Origin: Trichinella spiralis
Lineage: Eukaryota
Length of the DNA: 64,000 bases
Direction of reading: 5' to 3'
Assembly: GCF_000181795.1 (NCBI RefSeq)
Contig: NW_003526943.1
Coordinates: 436,487 to 500,486 of the forward strand
Shown here: positions 23,701 through 38,400 of the stretch, piece by piece
How the letters are laid out: each line of letters begins with the position of its first letter
How positions within the stretch are numbered: position 1 is the stretch's first letter
Position numbers and translations under genes: made by a program
Notes under the pieces: generated by a model
Databases searched by the model: none
What the model saw: the letters and a program-made list of their open reading frames with translations, nothing else
What the model was told of the DNA's origin: nothing

Positions 23701-26700
23701 TATTCTTTTTTTAACTGTTCATAGGCTTCCTGTTGTTTTTGCTTACGCTCTGCCCCATGATGACGATAATGATATTGATAGTCATAAAATTAATCCATTT
23801 CTTCAACGCGAATTTCTTCAATCCAACAACTGTTGTAATTTATTATAATAATAAAAAAAGTAATAAAATATACATAAATTAATTTCAAATGCTCCGCTTG
23901 AAATACTTTTTTTGAACTATTGATATCTGTCAAAGAAAGGCAGATGTAATAAGCTGTAACAGGTTGAAAAGTATTGCACTGAGTAGATTTTGCTGACAAG
24001 GAAATATGCCAATGCCTATTTCTCTACGCAAAAATTATTTTTCCCCCGTACGTTCACCAAACATAACATAAAATAATTTACAATAATACACTATGTAAAT
24101 TTTACATTATTTAAATTTTAACGTTAATTTAAACTGTTTTCTTTCTTGTTTGTTTGCAGTTGCTGTTGTTGTTGTTGTTTTCGACGAAAACTGAATAATA
24201 AAATAAAACATGAAAAATGTAAAACACTTTCAATAATTTAAAACAGTAATAATTTATCCCAACTCACTTTGCCATCTGTTAAAAATAAATTTAATCCATG
24301 ATAATTTGGATACTTTTCAATTTTCTATCAGTCAGTGTTCATATGCAAATATAACGTCACGAATATCAAAGCACCGATATTTCTGTGCAATTTTCATTTA
24401 ATAATAATAATAATAATAATTTTTCTACTATTTAATAAATTTTAAATATTTCTGACACCTTTGAAGTACTTCATACTGTACTGTTTTTTAAAAAAGTTTA
24501 TTCCAAATGTGAATTGCTTACAAAAAATCAATTTGTTTTTATTTTTGACTGAATTTTGCAGTTTTATTTATTTCAAATCATGTTAAAGTTGATTTTCAAA
24601 TGTAATAGCAAACAAATAAATATATAAACTAAGCTAATCAACCAATTATGAAAATAAGTTTGTAAATGGTTAGTGTTAGTGTTAAACAATAAATAGGGTT
24701 AAGAAATTTTTTCATTTTCAAATAAATTTTCACATAAATTTAAACATTCATTGAAACACAGCCTGCATTATTTTGAACTCTCAACTTTACTAGCATTTGC
24801 ATGCGCACCACGCGTTTTTCTACATTGTTGTGTATGTTATATCAGTACCAATTGTAACAACTTTACGTATATATTAAAAGAACGACAAACTTGGGAAACA
24901 GCTTTGCTCAGCCTAGCATATGACATCAAACCTAAAGCCTAATCGAAATAATTTTCCACCAAAGCACTTTCGGGGCACAAAATTTTCTAAACAACAATTA
25001 ACGCTTAAAGTTTACGCTCGGTATCTTCTTTCAGTTAACTCTTCTGTGGAGTTAAATATTTGAATGGTAAGCTTGTTTACTTTTAATTTGCTAAACATAA
25101 AAATTGATTAGTCATCTTCTCATAAACATTAACTTGCTTTCAATGGATATTCATATATCAGTGTAAATAACAGTAATAAAAATGTTTTGTAAATAACGTT
25201 CATTTTGGTAATGTTCCAGTTTTATATTTCATATTTTATTATTCTGTTTCATATATGTTGCACATTTCGAAACCAAGATGTGATGTTTACTGAAACATGA
25301 CTATTTTTCAATTTGAAATTATTTGAAATAATAATATTTTAAATTGTATTATACAGTTAATAAATAGAAACCTTTTTCTTAATCACTTATTAGCCTCAAA
25401 TACGATCTCAGTTAAGTCTTCAAAAGATCGAATCGATCGATGGTTTACTGTTTTTCACAGGTACTTGCATTGCATGTTTTTATAAAATAATTAATTATAA
25501 CAATCAAATAAATAGTTTTTACTGTAAGTTTACTTTAATAAATGCATATTAATTTTATTTAAATGCATTATTTGATATGATGAAATGGCAAATGACTGAA
25601 AACATATTGCATTAATCTCTACACATTGTAAAGTTAAATAATAGCATAAATTAGCTGATATTTTGTTTGTAGAACATTAATATGCACATTTTCTTCTTAA
25701 TGAAGTTCGAAATTTGTACTTTTACTTTTTATTTAAATTTACTTTTCTGTTTTAATGATTTTCACTTTATATGAAGTTGAATTTGAAAGACGAGAATGAT
25801 CAAGATGTGATTCAGCATAAAAACGATTCGTAATAGTGAAATTCACATCATTTGATAACGATGGTCTTTTTCATGGCAGAAACTACAGTGCAACTGGATT
25901 TCATTTTCAGTGAATATTTTTACAGTGATATACAGTGAATTTGAAAAAAAATTTATAAATGAAAATGATAACATTAAATTGTTCTATGCACTATAATTTT
26001 GTATTATATTTATTAATTTGATTTTTTTTAATTTTTAATATTGGCTATTTTATTTAACTTGTTAAAGCTTTTAACTGCTGCTATTGCTGCTGCTGCTGCA
26101 GCAAGTTCTACATTTTTTATAATAACAGTTGCGATTTCTTTTGAAATATCTTTGTGATAAAGTCACACCAACTACCAATCTTCAATTGTCACGGAGCAAT
26201 GCCTAACATGAATTTTAAAGGGTTAAAATATTTTTATGCGCAAACAAAAAAAAAGCATAATGTCAATTGGTGAAATTTTGCTGTTAGCTTTAGACAATTA
26301 TGGAATGGTACTTTTTTCCAGATTAAATATTTTCGTTTTTTAAAAAAAATATGTTGATATCTTTTTTGTAATTTATTACAATTTCAAATTTGAAAATAAA
26401 ATTCCATATTCAAATCTTTTTCTTACGATTATTTTAATTAGTGAAATTTTGCTTTTAATCTTCTACTGTCGCTTTCTTACTTGATATCGATGTTTCACAT
26501 TTAAACTTTATAGATTTTAATTAATCATAATTGTTGTATTCGATGAATAATTTGTTGAGTTTATTTTAAAATTTAAAGTTTAATTTCATTTTAAAATTTA
26601 AGACAGTAAATAAATTTTTGTCATTTTACAAATTTATAATTATCATGAAATGAATAATTAATGTTCAATGAAAGCCATTTCATTTGTAAATAGAATTTAA

Positions 26701-27337
26701 ATTTTTTTTCTATTTTTCTGAAATATAAAAAGAAATGTTGTCCATTAATGTGTGTTGTTTAAAATGGTAAAATGAAATTTATTTTCAACGATGACAATAT
26801 TGAGCATTTTCTGTTACTTTTCATTTTTTTTCTGTTGCTGAATTCAAGCACATGAGCCAACAATGATTGCTAGATGAAATGTTGCCCGTGTTGTCATTTC
26901 ATCTAGCAACGCGTAAATTGAAGCTGCTGTTTGTGCTGTGATGATATGAAAGTATGAGGCACAAAAACTTTTCCATCCAGCTATACTGCTGCTACTGCTA
27001 CTTTTGCTGATGCTTGTTTGCTTGCCCGCCTGCTTGCTTGCTTGATTGTTGAGGTTCATTTTTCCTGCTCGAATATTTTTCCACTATCAAGTGATACCGT
27101 TACTAAGGGTTCAATTTTGCAAATTTTTATTTGTCAATTTCAATGCCATTCGACTAAATATTATTATATACATGCAACCAATTTTGCACAGTGTGCAATC
27201 GAAGCACCGGCCCGTTTAGCTGATCGATTTCAACTACTACAAGCTTGGCGCCGCCGCCGGACGCAAGCAGGGATGGCAAGTTTCGTTTCCAGGCTTTCTG
27301 TTCGATTCCACGTCGGAGGTCGACACTATTGACAAAG

Positions 27338-27530
27338 GCTAGCTATAGCTATATAGCTATAGCTAGCTAGCCTAGCCGGCTGCTTGCTTGCTTGCTTGCT
27401 TGTGCCTATCTGTCTGTCCGTTTGTGCCTGGTTGCTTTTGCCCATTGCCGCTACTATTGCTTCTTCTTCTTCTTCTTCTTCTTCTTCTTCTATTGCCCGT
27501 GCTATACTACTCCTACTACTATTGCTGCTT

Positions 27531-27574
<44 letters not shown>

Positions 27575-27600
27575 TTTTGCTTTTGCTTCTGCTTAGTCAT
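27338..27600. repeat. Compound microsatellite cluster: TAGC/TATAGC palindrome, (GCTT)n, (TCT)n, (CTG/TTG)n
   Basis: Directly visible tandem repeats. Confidence 0.9.
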
Positions 27601-28496
27601 ATAATAAGCTATAACCAATCCTTTTCGTTGGATCAAAACCACTGAGCTGTTAACAACAAAATGCAAGTTCTTTTTGATTTTGACGTCGTCATTTCAATTC
27701 ACCCTGTCGTTTTCACTTTAAATTTCTTTCCATTCATTTTATAGATTCTCTTTACTGTTGTTGATTTTATTTCCTGTTCCTTTTACTGATTTATGCAAAA
27801 CAGCACAACAGCAGCAGCAGCAGTAACAACAACAACAACAAAAGCAATGATAATAAAATTATACAAATTTTATTTAATATGCATATTAAACTGTTTTTCT
27901 TTTTTGCTTTTTTCTCCCAAATTTTTTTAATGAAATATTTACTGAACAAAAAATACAATTATTGTACAAGAAGAAAAATTTTGAGAAAAAAGCACACAAA
28001 ATTTTCATCACAACTGGTGGAATAGCTGTTTCGTTTTACATGCAAATCATTTATGTAATTAAGCATGCATTTTACATATCTACAGATAATTTAATTTTTG
28101 TGATTTTATCTGTTTGTCAACAAATTGTTTTACAAATTACCTCTTTTGTAAAATTTGAAATTGGCGTTGATTTGCAAATATGCACAGTATTATTATTATT
28201 ATTATTGAATACAATGATGATGAGAATGAATTAATAATAATAAATACAAAAGCCACACAATGGGCATATGTGTTGTTGTCGAAGAGCCCACAGCTCGATG
28301 GCATATAGGAGGAAGCGGAAGCATCTTCCACGTCACGTGCGGCGCGCAGGCCGGGCTCGCGACGCAATTCCAAAGCAGCTTTATTTTTGTTATGCGATAT
28401 TTGCACGGGCTCTATGGCGGACCAGAGTGAGCTGGTGTTCCGCAACTGCTGGCGCCGCAGTCGGCACGACGGCCGGTGCTTTCAAGCACGAGAACA

Positions 28497-28680
28497 TTCT
28501 CTCACCACTCTCTCTCTCTCTCTCTTTTACTCTTTCATTCTCTCTCTTCCTCTATGCTTTTACCCTGCTATCATTCTCTGACTCTCTTACTCTTGCTCTT
28601 GCTCTTTCCCTCTCTTTCTCTCTCTCTCTCTACTACTCCTCCTCCTCCTTCTCCTCCTCTTACTCTTCCATTCTCCTCAT
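28497..28680. repeat. ~180-bp polypyrimidine (CT/CCT-rich) tract
   Basis: Almost all C/T on the + strand, with (CT)n and (CCT)n runs. Confidence 0.9.
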
Positions 28681-31600
28681 TCGAACCCATTCCATCGACT
28701 TCTTTTAATATATCTTTTGCATTTGCTTTTTATTCACTCTCTTCATCATGCTTTTTGTAATGATAATATGATTACTTTGAAAAAAAATGGAAAAATCCAC
28801 TCGTTATTTTGTAGCATGTATAATTTTCATTTTTCAATTTTAAATTGTTTTCAAGGTAGTTCTTATTTGGATGAGATAGATTTTCCCTTTTCAAGGAAAA
28901 CCGACGGCGCCCTTTTCTGCTAGGCACAAATGTTAGTGCAATCGATTTGCATCGACTTGGGAAATCTACGGAGAAGAGCCGCATTTTATTGACCTTATGA
29001 TGATTTTTATTGTATCAGTTTTTCATGCTCTGCTTTATTATTATTATTATTATTATTAGCAGCAGCAGCAGCAGTTGTAGTAGTAGTAGTGGTAGTAGTA
29101 GTAAGATGATTTTCATACTTGTTCCACAGTTTTCAATGTTCCATGCATGGAAAAGTGCAACCAACATACGCCAAAGTGGTCGGTTTTGCCCAGTCAGTAT
29201 AGTATTGGTTAAAGTTGTCAGTCAGTTTATTCAGTAGTCAATGTATTGAAGCAAGCGGTGAGTGATGAGAGTCCCCGAGTTGGTTGTTCAGTGTGAGCGT
29301 CTTTCTTCGGTGTTTTGCTCGCGCGTTCGTTCTTGATTATCTATCGACCGCGCCGTTACCATGAGGAGGAGCCGAGGCAACAACAACCTGAACGCAGCGG
29401 AACGGCTAGACGCGGAAGCAACCGGACACAACTGTTGACGCTCAGCCGTGGAACCCGGCAGGGCCGGATTCCATCGATAGTCGATGGATGATGCATAAAG
29501 TGAAAAAAAACAGAATATGCTCTGCTTGGTGCGGCGGTGTCTGATTGCATTGTTCGCATGACGATTATGCAGACTCGTTTCGGATAGGTGCTCGCTTGCT
29601 TTTGCTTGCCTGCTTGGTTGGTTGGTTGGTTGGTATTGCTTGGTTTGCAGGAAGCGGGCAGCAGCCGCGGCAAGTCGCTTACGTCCAAATTGTGAAGTGA
29701 TGAGAAAGCAACAGCAAAATTGAGAACGAGAACTTCTCTTTGTCAAAAGTCGAACCCTGATCAGAAGATCTTCGGGTCGGAATTTATTTTTGAACCAACT
29801 CGGGCCAGTCTCCGTCACAACGTTTCACAACCGTGTGATGCGGCTTGCATGCTAGCCGGCTTGCCAGCTTACTTGCTTGCATGCTTGCTTGCTTGCTTGC
29901 TTGCTTGTTCACGGCCGCGCCAGTCACGCGCCAATCGATCACGGCCATAAAGCTTTGTGAATCGACCCTTGTTCTCGCGTCGGGCGAGCGGCAAAATTTT
30001 CCACTAGTTCCCACATTGATTCCTGCTTCCACGCATTGTCGTCGATACTTGGTCACCAAAGACTGGTCGGCCGTATGGACGTTCGACGTTGTTCTTTTCT
30101 ACCTATTGCCACCGACAATATATGAGCTCAGTCTGCATCCCGAACGCTTGTCGTCACCATCCATCCAAACTGTCCAACAGTCTTCAGCTAAGATGAGAGA
30201 AGGTACTGTTTCTAATTTTTTTAAAATTTTCTCCATTCTTTTGATCATCTTGGACATTCATTCATTTTTCATCTTGAAAAATTATTATTTCTCATTAATT
30301 TTTTTCTCTCCTATTTTAGCAACTTGTACAGCACAGCACAATACAATTTTGTAAGATTGAAACAAGCTTGAAGCTGGTTATACAAATTGAAATAATTTTT
30401 ATCAAAAATTAATAATTCATTTTCATTTTCTATAATTGTCACATATAAGTTTTTGATCACAATTTTCAGAGGGCTTTTTCGGAAAATGGTGCATTTTTTT
30501 AGTAAATAGGAGGCAATTGCTGTGGATAAATATGATAAATAATGAATCGTGTGAACTTGGAACGTTTTTGACAATCATCATCACATGTCGCCAATTGTTT
30601 CAAATTTGGTAACAAAGCAACGCCAACAATGCATAACTTTATGCATAAAACACGTTGTTGATAAGCTTTGATTTTAAAATTAAATTGTTTTTTACGCTCT
30701 CAGATTGGTTTTATAGACTTTCTCTCTTTCGAGTCTTTCAAGCTTTATCATTGCAATGGGAAATTTTAATATTTGCATTAAACAACATGTGATTGAAGAA
30801 ATGAAAAATAAACAAAATGTATATTTTAAAAAATGAATATTCTGCATTTCTGATTATTTGAAATTGTTTGTTCGCATGTTTCATATTGACATTGTAGTGC
30901 AGTCGTTTTGTGAACATTTTTGTGAAAATGAGTTTTCACTTTTAATTGTAAAAATAGCTTTTCATAATTTGAAACATATTCAGAATAAAAATATTCCATT
31001 TTGTAAAACGATTACACAATTGAAAAGTAGTTTCAAGTTTAAAATGTGAAGTATCAAAATTGTGGTTATGGAATCAACAATTTAAATTTTTTGTAGCAAA
31101 ATCATGCATGATGTCGTGCAAAGTAGCTTACCTCATAAACTCAGGATGACTGAAGTCATTTTATTTTTTTTAATGCAGTTTATTTATAATGAAATTTATT
31201 TACTGTTTCCAGGACTGTTTTTATTTGTAATCAGGTAACGAGCATTGAATTGAAAGCACCACTTTCATCTGCTAGATTGAATTGTTTCTTATTTTTTGTT
31301 TTCAGATGCTTAATATAAATTTATATTTTGAACAATTCGAGCTTATTAGTTAAAAAGGCAATTTTTACACTCATCGGTTGAACGCAGCATGCTTTGAAGC
31401 TTCTTTGTTCATCGTATCGTTGTCAACAACAATGATAGTGTTCTGTTTGATACTGCTAATAAAGGTAAATGAAAAGCTAGCAGTTTAGCTGTTTCATCCA
31501 TCTCATTTCAAATTAAACCATATTTGTGTAAAATTAAATCACATTTGTATAATAAAAGCGGTAAAAAATAGAATAAATAAAAGTGCAACCTGCTTTAATT

Positions 31601-32388
31601 TATTGTCTCTGCTAACATGCGTCGAATTGATCTTTATTCATTTTGAACATTAAAAAGTATTAATTTTTTATTTTGAAAGCATGATTTTTTGTATACTTGT
31701 AAGTAATACAATTCGTAGATATAATACAAGTTTGGGATAATAATTTTCCCATGTAATCAAACTTTCAATATAGTATTAGTAGATGATCCGATTTTATTTA
31801 TTTATTTAGAATGACGATTAATTGTAAACTTGAATAATGATTTGTACAGTAGTAGCAGTGCATTTTTTAATGATAATTTCTTTATACATTTGTAGCATCT
31901 GATAACGAAGAAATTGCAATGGTTGGGATAATAGATGAATAGATATAATTAATTAATTAATAATTTTGTTATTTTTTTATAATTTGATTTTTGAAAAAAA
32001 AAGTTATATGATTGGTAGATAATTTCGAATTGTTGAAATGATGTCAGATATTGAAGTATGCTTAAAAGTATGAGAGGAGACGCTTGAGCATGGATGCAGT
32101 TCCATTTGATAAACTATCGTTGATTAAGTTCTATACATTTGGCTCAGTTCTACTTTTCAACTATTGCGCAATTTACAAGCTAGTAAGCCAGTATTTAGTT
32201 TGAGACTGGCTGGCTGGCTGGCTGGTTGGTGGTTTGAAATGTTGGCTCCAAAGCACACGCCTCTCTCGATCGAACCGCTGTTGACTTCGCGTGCGCGAGG
32301 AGGCTGCCTAGCCTTCATGGATTTCCACGCGACCATTGATTTTGTTCCACTTTGTGCTTTCCTCTCTCTCTCTCTCTTAACTCGTTCT

Positions 32389-32467
32389 GCACACACACAC
32401 ACATATATACATAAATACACACCACACTTACTGCCTCTGCTCACTCACTTTCACTCTCACACTCTAT

Positions 32468-32496
<29 letters not shown>
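32389..32496. repeat. (CA)n-rich microsatellite region
   Basis: Visible CA runs, the longest at about 32468-32494. Confidence 0.9.
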
Positions 32497-32498
<2 letters not shown>

Positions 32499-35400
32499 TT
32501 TATCTCCTCTTTATTCTTGCTAGTTCTCAATTTCGAAGCACTTACGCGTTTGTGCCGCTAGGCAACACAACTTCCCACGTGCTTGCTTGAAATATACCCA
32601 ACTTGACAGGGCTGACTGTGTCAAACGAGAATATCCATTCAATTCCAAATGTTGATGATGAAAATTCAAAATTTGGATTCTTTCAAAGAATAGTGAAAAA
32701 AAAAGAAAATGCCAAAAACTTCCCCACACCACCCAACCCTGAGGCACCAAGTTCATATATGCTTCCCATCTGGTGGTGTTGTTGAAATGAATGCTTCAAG
32801 CGAATAGGGGAAATTTTGTCATCGCATATACAATTGGTGTTGGTTTATTTTTATTTTTTTTCATATGCAAAATATTATTCATGTGATAGTTGGAAAAGTG
32901 GGAAATTTGAATTGAAACAAAGAAATCAACAGCCAGTATAAGAAGAAGAAGAAGAAGCTTTGGTGTCGTTCAACCCTTACCGGACGTTGGCGCTTTATCA
33001 GCAGACGCACAACAGTCAGCTGGAACACAAGCGAGCTAAGTTTGAAGAACCCAATTGATTATTTTGTCAGCCAAGCCAATACAATCATCGCCGTCAGTGG
33101 GCAGGGAGATTTTCCTATCGGTGGCGCCGTATTGCATTTATAGTCGTCAATATTGGTAACAAGTTTCCAAGTTCCAGTTCAGAGAATTCGATAATTGAAG
33201 CTACACGAAATTTATTGAAACGTCCATTTCAGTTTTACAAAAATTGCCCAACTCCAAACTGGCAAAATGGGGAAATTGGTGTTTTTTGTCAAAGCAAAAA
33301 AAAAAACAAGAAAGAAAGAATTGAACCTGAGTTGTTTAATACGTCACTACCGTGTGATAACTGTAGAAATTTTCGAAGGGAAAAGGGAAATTTTTTCATT
33401 TTCACTTAATTAGCATATGAAAATTTAAAATTATTAATTGATTTCTGAAAAAAAATTATTATTATTATTATTACTAGATGGAGAAATCGAAATCAACAAA
33501 ATCTTAGCAGTGGGGTAATCAAAAAAAAGAAAAGTTTATGAAAAAAGCACTTTGCTAATTGTTATTTTTATTAGTTAAATTAAAAAAATAAAATTATATT
33601 GTGAGAGTTTGTTTAACGTTTTCAATTATAGAGATATTTGAAATATTTTTTTAATTTTTTTGAATAAAGTTGATAGATTTTGTTAATTATCAAAGGTTGG
33701 CTTAAACTTTGTTTTGTTCGTTTCAAATTCACAAATTCAGAATTCATTTTTGAATATAATTTTATTCGTTGGGAAAATTTTTGACAGGTTTTGTTCATTT
33801 ATTCATTCGTGAAAAATGAAAGCTAACAATAATAAAAAGAAAAAGCAAATAAATTGTTTGAAAAAAATGTAAATTTTCTCATTCTTTTCGTTGCTTGTCA
33901 AAAATTAGCCGAAGGCCAAGAAAGTGTGAACGAGAAGCATTTTCTCACAATAGTTTGCTACAAATATAGCAACCAAAACTGATCGGGCGTGTCATTTTTG
34001 TTAGCTAAAATTAGGTCACATGAGTGTCGCTGTGATCAACTTTTCATCATGAGCATAAGCATAAGCATGTTCAGGGGAGGGATGATTTTTTTCCTGCAAG
34101 CTTCGAGTGGTTCAGTGGTGCACGAAATGACTAATCGACTAACAATGTTGTTGTTGCTGTTGTTGTTGGGATTTTTTCCCTTGCAACCGACAAACAATGG
34201 AACTTGACAGATGCTTGTTCGAAGGGTGGAAATTTTTACCATGAAAATTGTGAAGCTTCACCGCGGTTGTCAAGAGCGATGGAGCTGCGCCTAGATGGTG
34301 ATCAGTTGCGTCCTTGGTGGACCCATTTGTTTTCGATTAAGGTCACCGGGCTGCAGTCAGGGGCGCGGCCCAATTTTGACGGATGACCGTATAACGTGTG
34401 TGCTGGCTGGCGGTCACCGACCCCGGCGAACGAGAGGTTTCACGGACCGTCCGCGCCGCCCACGTCCGGTCAGAGCCGAACGAACATTCGAGCCATATTT
34501 GTCCAACATGCAGCTTCTTTGATGGCTTTGTTGTTGTTGTCTTCAAGCTCAGAATAAGCTAAATTTAAAATTGAGGTAAAAATAAGTTTTATTATCCACA
34601 TGTGTATTGTTTTTTGAATTTAAATTATTATTCAATGAATAGTTTTGATTAAAAAAATAGAATTTTTGACAAATGGCAAATTTTTACGACATTCACGTAC
34701 ATTTGACACGACATTCCTTTTTCATTGTGTGTGTGTGTGTGTGTGTGTTCAACGTCACCAATGGCGGTGTGCACAGTTTGCTATTAATACATACATGCAC
34801 ACATACATATAAGGTTGGATTTGTTTGAATTGAGACTGGTGAAAATCGTAGGCTTGTGTGTATATTTGTTGTAAATTTGGAAAGGAAAAAAAATTATTTT
34901 ATTAAATTCTACAACAACAACAACAAGAAGAAGATATTAAAATAATAGCTTCACATTTCCGTTTATTTGTACCGAGATTTTTGATTGATAATGTTGATGA
35001 TTCATCATCATCATCATCAACGTTGGTAGTCAACGGATGATGATTCATTTATTCATCATGTCCATTGTCGATTGGAACGGGTCGACCATTATCAACGTTT
35101 GACACTTTTAACATAATGTTCATACGTTGTTGCCATTTAATAATAACAATAATAATAGCTGATGATGAAGAACAGATACGCCTGGCATAGCATACACATC
35201 GTTCGTTTTGTTATTACAAAATTTTTAAAAAAAGGAAAAAAAAGGAAAAGTAGCGAATTTAAGAAGAGGATGTCAAATAATTTGATTAATTATTTCTAAT
35301 TTCCGGCTTTGTTGACATCAGATTTAGCGAATGGATGGATGGATGGATGGATGGATGTAAGCCGGCTAGGTGGCTTTTTGTCGTCGCCATTGTTGTTGTT

Positions 35401-38400
35401 CTTGTCATTGTTACGGGGGAGGGTAGAGCAAAAGCAAAAGCAAAGGAAGCATGAGAGGCAGGGGAAATGTTTCTCGCAACCTGATTGGCCAGTATAAAAA
35501 GCTGCCAACGATGAACGTGAAAAACGCGCTTATTACGCTCGAGCACCGGGCCGGGAGCGATGCCATTTCACAAGAGCAGGTTTTGCCGGCGCAAAACTCG
35601 GTCGCTTGTCAACTCGACCAATAATTATTGAAAACGGGGTTCCAGACATCCTTCGCAACTCAGCTCCAATCAACCGTCTGTATTATAATTTTTTCCTTCT
35701 CCCCCTCCCCCTCCCCAACATTTTATTTCCTGTCTACAGCAGCAACAACAACAGCAGACAACCATATTCAGCAAACTATTCAATATATGCAGGTTAATAT
35801 ATTTTTATTTATTATTATTCAAAATTAATAATTTCAAATCAATTCAATGGGCACAGCAAATGACTAGCTAGCAAGGTAGGTTTTTGGCTTGGCAGATACA
35901 TACATACATGGATAGATAGGCAAAATCATGAATACAAAGTAAGCTAATTTCTTTCTTTGTTCATTTCGTATTTATTATATAATTAACGTTATTTTTAATG
36001 GAAAAATTAATATATTTATTTTTCGAATAATTTCCAACAACAAAAAGAAGTGAAGAAAAGTTTGTCTGTCTGTCTCTCTCTCTCTATTTTGAAAAGTTGA
36101 AGCTTTTATGTTGAAGCAATCAATGAAAATGAGGTTTTCAAACTGGTCGTTTTGCCTGGTTCTTCTCCTTCACTGGTTCAAGGTTTTCCGTCTTACTGTC
36201 ATTTTCTCTTTTTCTCTCGTCAAGTTTTCTTTTTTTTTTAAACAAAGAATTACTTGAAAAAAAACATATATATATATATATATCTATTAGCTTCAGATTA
36301 ATTAATCAATTGAATAATAAATAGATTTTACTTATTTTTCTGTATAGACATCCGTGTAAGCAGAATATTTTTTCCCCACCTTTGTTGTTGTTGTTGTTGT
36401 TGTCTCATTATTTGGCGTTGAATCGCTCAGTTTGTAGGCCTGCTATTGCGCGCTACGAGCGCCTCGCTGTTTGCCCAGTTACGCCGCCGCTTCTACTGAC
36501 TGACTGACTGACGACGTTGGTCAACAAAACTGCTGCGATTAGCGAGCACCGATTGAAACCAAATACGACGCCATACAGACGCTGGTGACAAGCCATCCGA
36601 ATGTATTCATTCTTCTCTTCAATTTTATGAATTATGAATATTTTTTTCAAAAAAATGGAATATTCTTTTTTTTCAGATTTTATTTTCTATAAATATACGC
36701 AATTTTTGAATACCAAAAAATGGAAGACTAATCTCTACAATTTTGCACCAATAGAAATATATATATATATAAGTATAGAAGCTTTGAAGCCTCTTCGGAT
36801 CGGTCGATGGTGGTGCTTCTTGCTAATGGGCGTCAGTCGACTGACGACTGGAAAAACTGGCCTTGGAGAGTTTGATTGGATTTCAACCAATCCGGTCCTC
36901 AATCAACAGCGCAACGTACAGTCAATCGACAGACAGAGCAGCGCCACTATCTTCCTCCACTTTACGGTCGGAACATTTCCACGCTCGCCTCTATTATTCC
37001 TCCAATTCCATTCTGTGTTAGTTTCAACGACAATCGAAAGTATGCAAATTTATTTTTATTAATTTAATGAGATTTTTTTAAAATTTAATTCCCCCCACCC
37101 CGAAAAAAAATTGGAAAATTTGAATAATTTTCCCACGTCTACTTTCGAGAGACTTGATTAATTTGGTTTTCGAGTAAGACTGTTGCGAGAAAACTTTTTT
37201 CAGTTTCTTCATTCCACGATTTTTCAATTGCCACGTTGCGCTGTTTGTCCAAGCAGTGAAAATATGTTGGGCATATTCCATTTTTCAGATGTCACCATTG
37301 AACCGTTGACGTCACGTTGAAACGGAAATGAAGTGAACAAAAAAAAATAGAGAGAAAACAGAGCAAATTATAATAAGTATACCATTCGTTCGTTGCTATA
37401 CCATACCAAAAATTGGTGACCAATTTTAGAAGAAGATGATTGACGGTGATTATTTAAATTTTTATTTTTGATTTATTGTCAATTTGAAAAAAAATACAAT
37501 GGAAGAGAAGATGGAGAAGATCAAAAATGGAAAAACTGATAGACAGACAGACAGACAGTGTCTGGCTGTCTGTCTGTCTGTGTGTGTGTGCGTTTCTGGT
37601 CTGTTTGTCATTGGCGTATGGCGGCTGCTTTGGTTGTCGTCGTTTTATAAAACAAGCATCAGCAACGTTAGCGAAAGCGGAACGCAAGACACGCATCTGG
37701 CGACAAGCAGGCCACGATGAGAGCCTTGTGCGATTTCACCTCCTTCTTCCTTGTGCACAGAAATTTTTACCGGTGTGGTGATTTCAACGTTCTGGCCCTG
37801 CCTTTTCTTCCACGTGTCAACATGCCACGTTATACCACATTATTTTTTACACTCTTTTTCTTTCTGCTCACAACGGCGGAACATGTGGCGGCGGCGTTGA
37901 AAACTTTTCTCGACGCTCGTTTATTTTATATCCATCATCAATCAAATCAATCCGTCCATTTATTAATGATTTCAAAATTTTGTTATTAATACAACAACAA
38001 ATATTATCATGTATATATATTTTTTTGGGGGGGGGTGGGGAGGGGGATATGGTCCATGAGAGCATTTTCAATAATGCAGCCGACCGTGATATTGTCGTCA
38101 CCGTCGTCGTCGTCGTCGTCGTTGTTGTTGTTGTTGTGAAAGAAGCAGTTATTAACATTAAGCCGTGTCGGCGCAGTCAGTTGGTGCTGTAAGCCAATCG
38201 GCGGTTTTGTTTGCTTTTTCAAATGGGCCGCTTTGAAATAATTGGCGCGTTCAGTAACGTCGTTGCCGTAGCGTTGCCCGTAGCCGTAGTTGTTGTTGTT
38301 AGCAGAAACCACCACCACCACCACCACCACCATTGTTACAGAATGACAAGAATATCGAGCCTGCATATCTGTTGTAGTTGTTGTTTTTTTGCTTGCTTCA

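Noticed and set aside
34991..35024. Hairpin aatgttgatga...tcatcaacgtt
   Set aside because: A short stem driven by a (CAT)n microsatellite, with no miRNA-like features.
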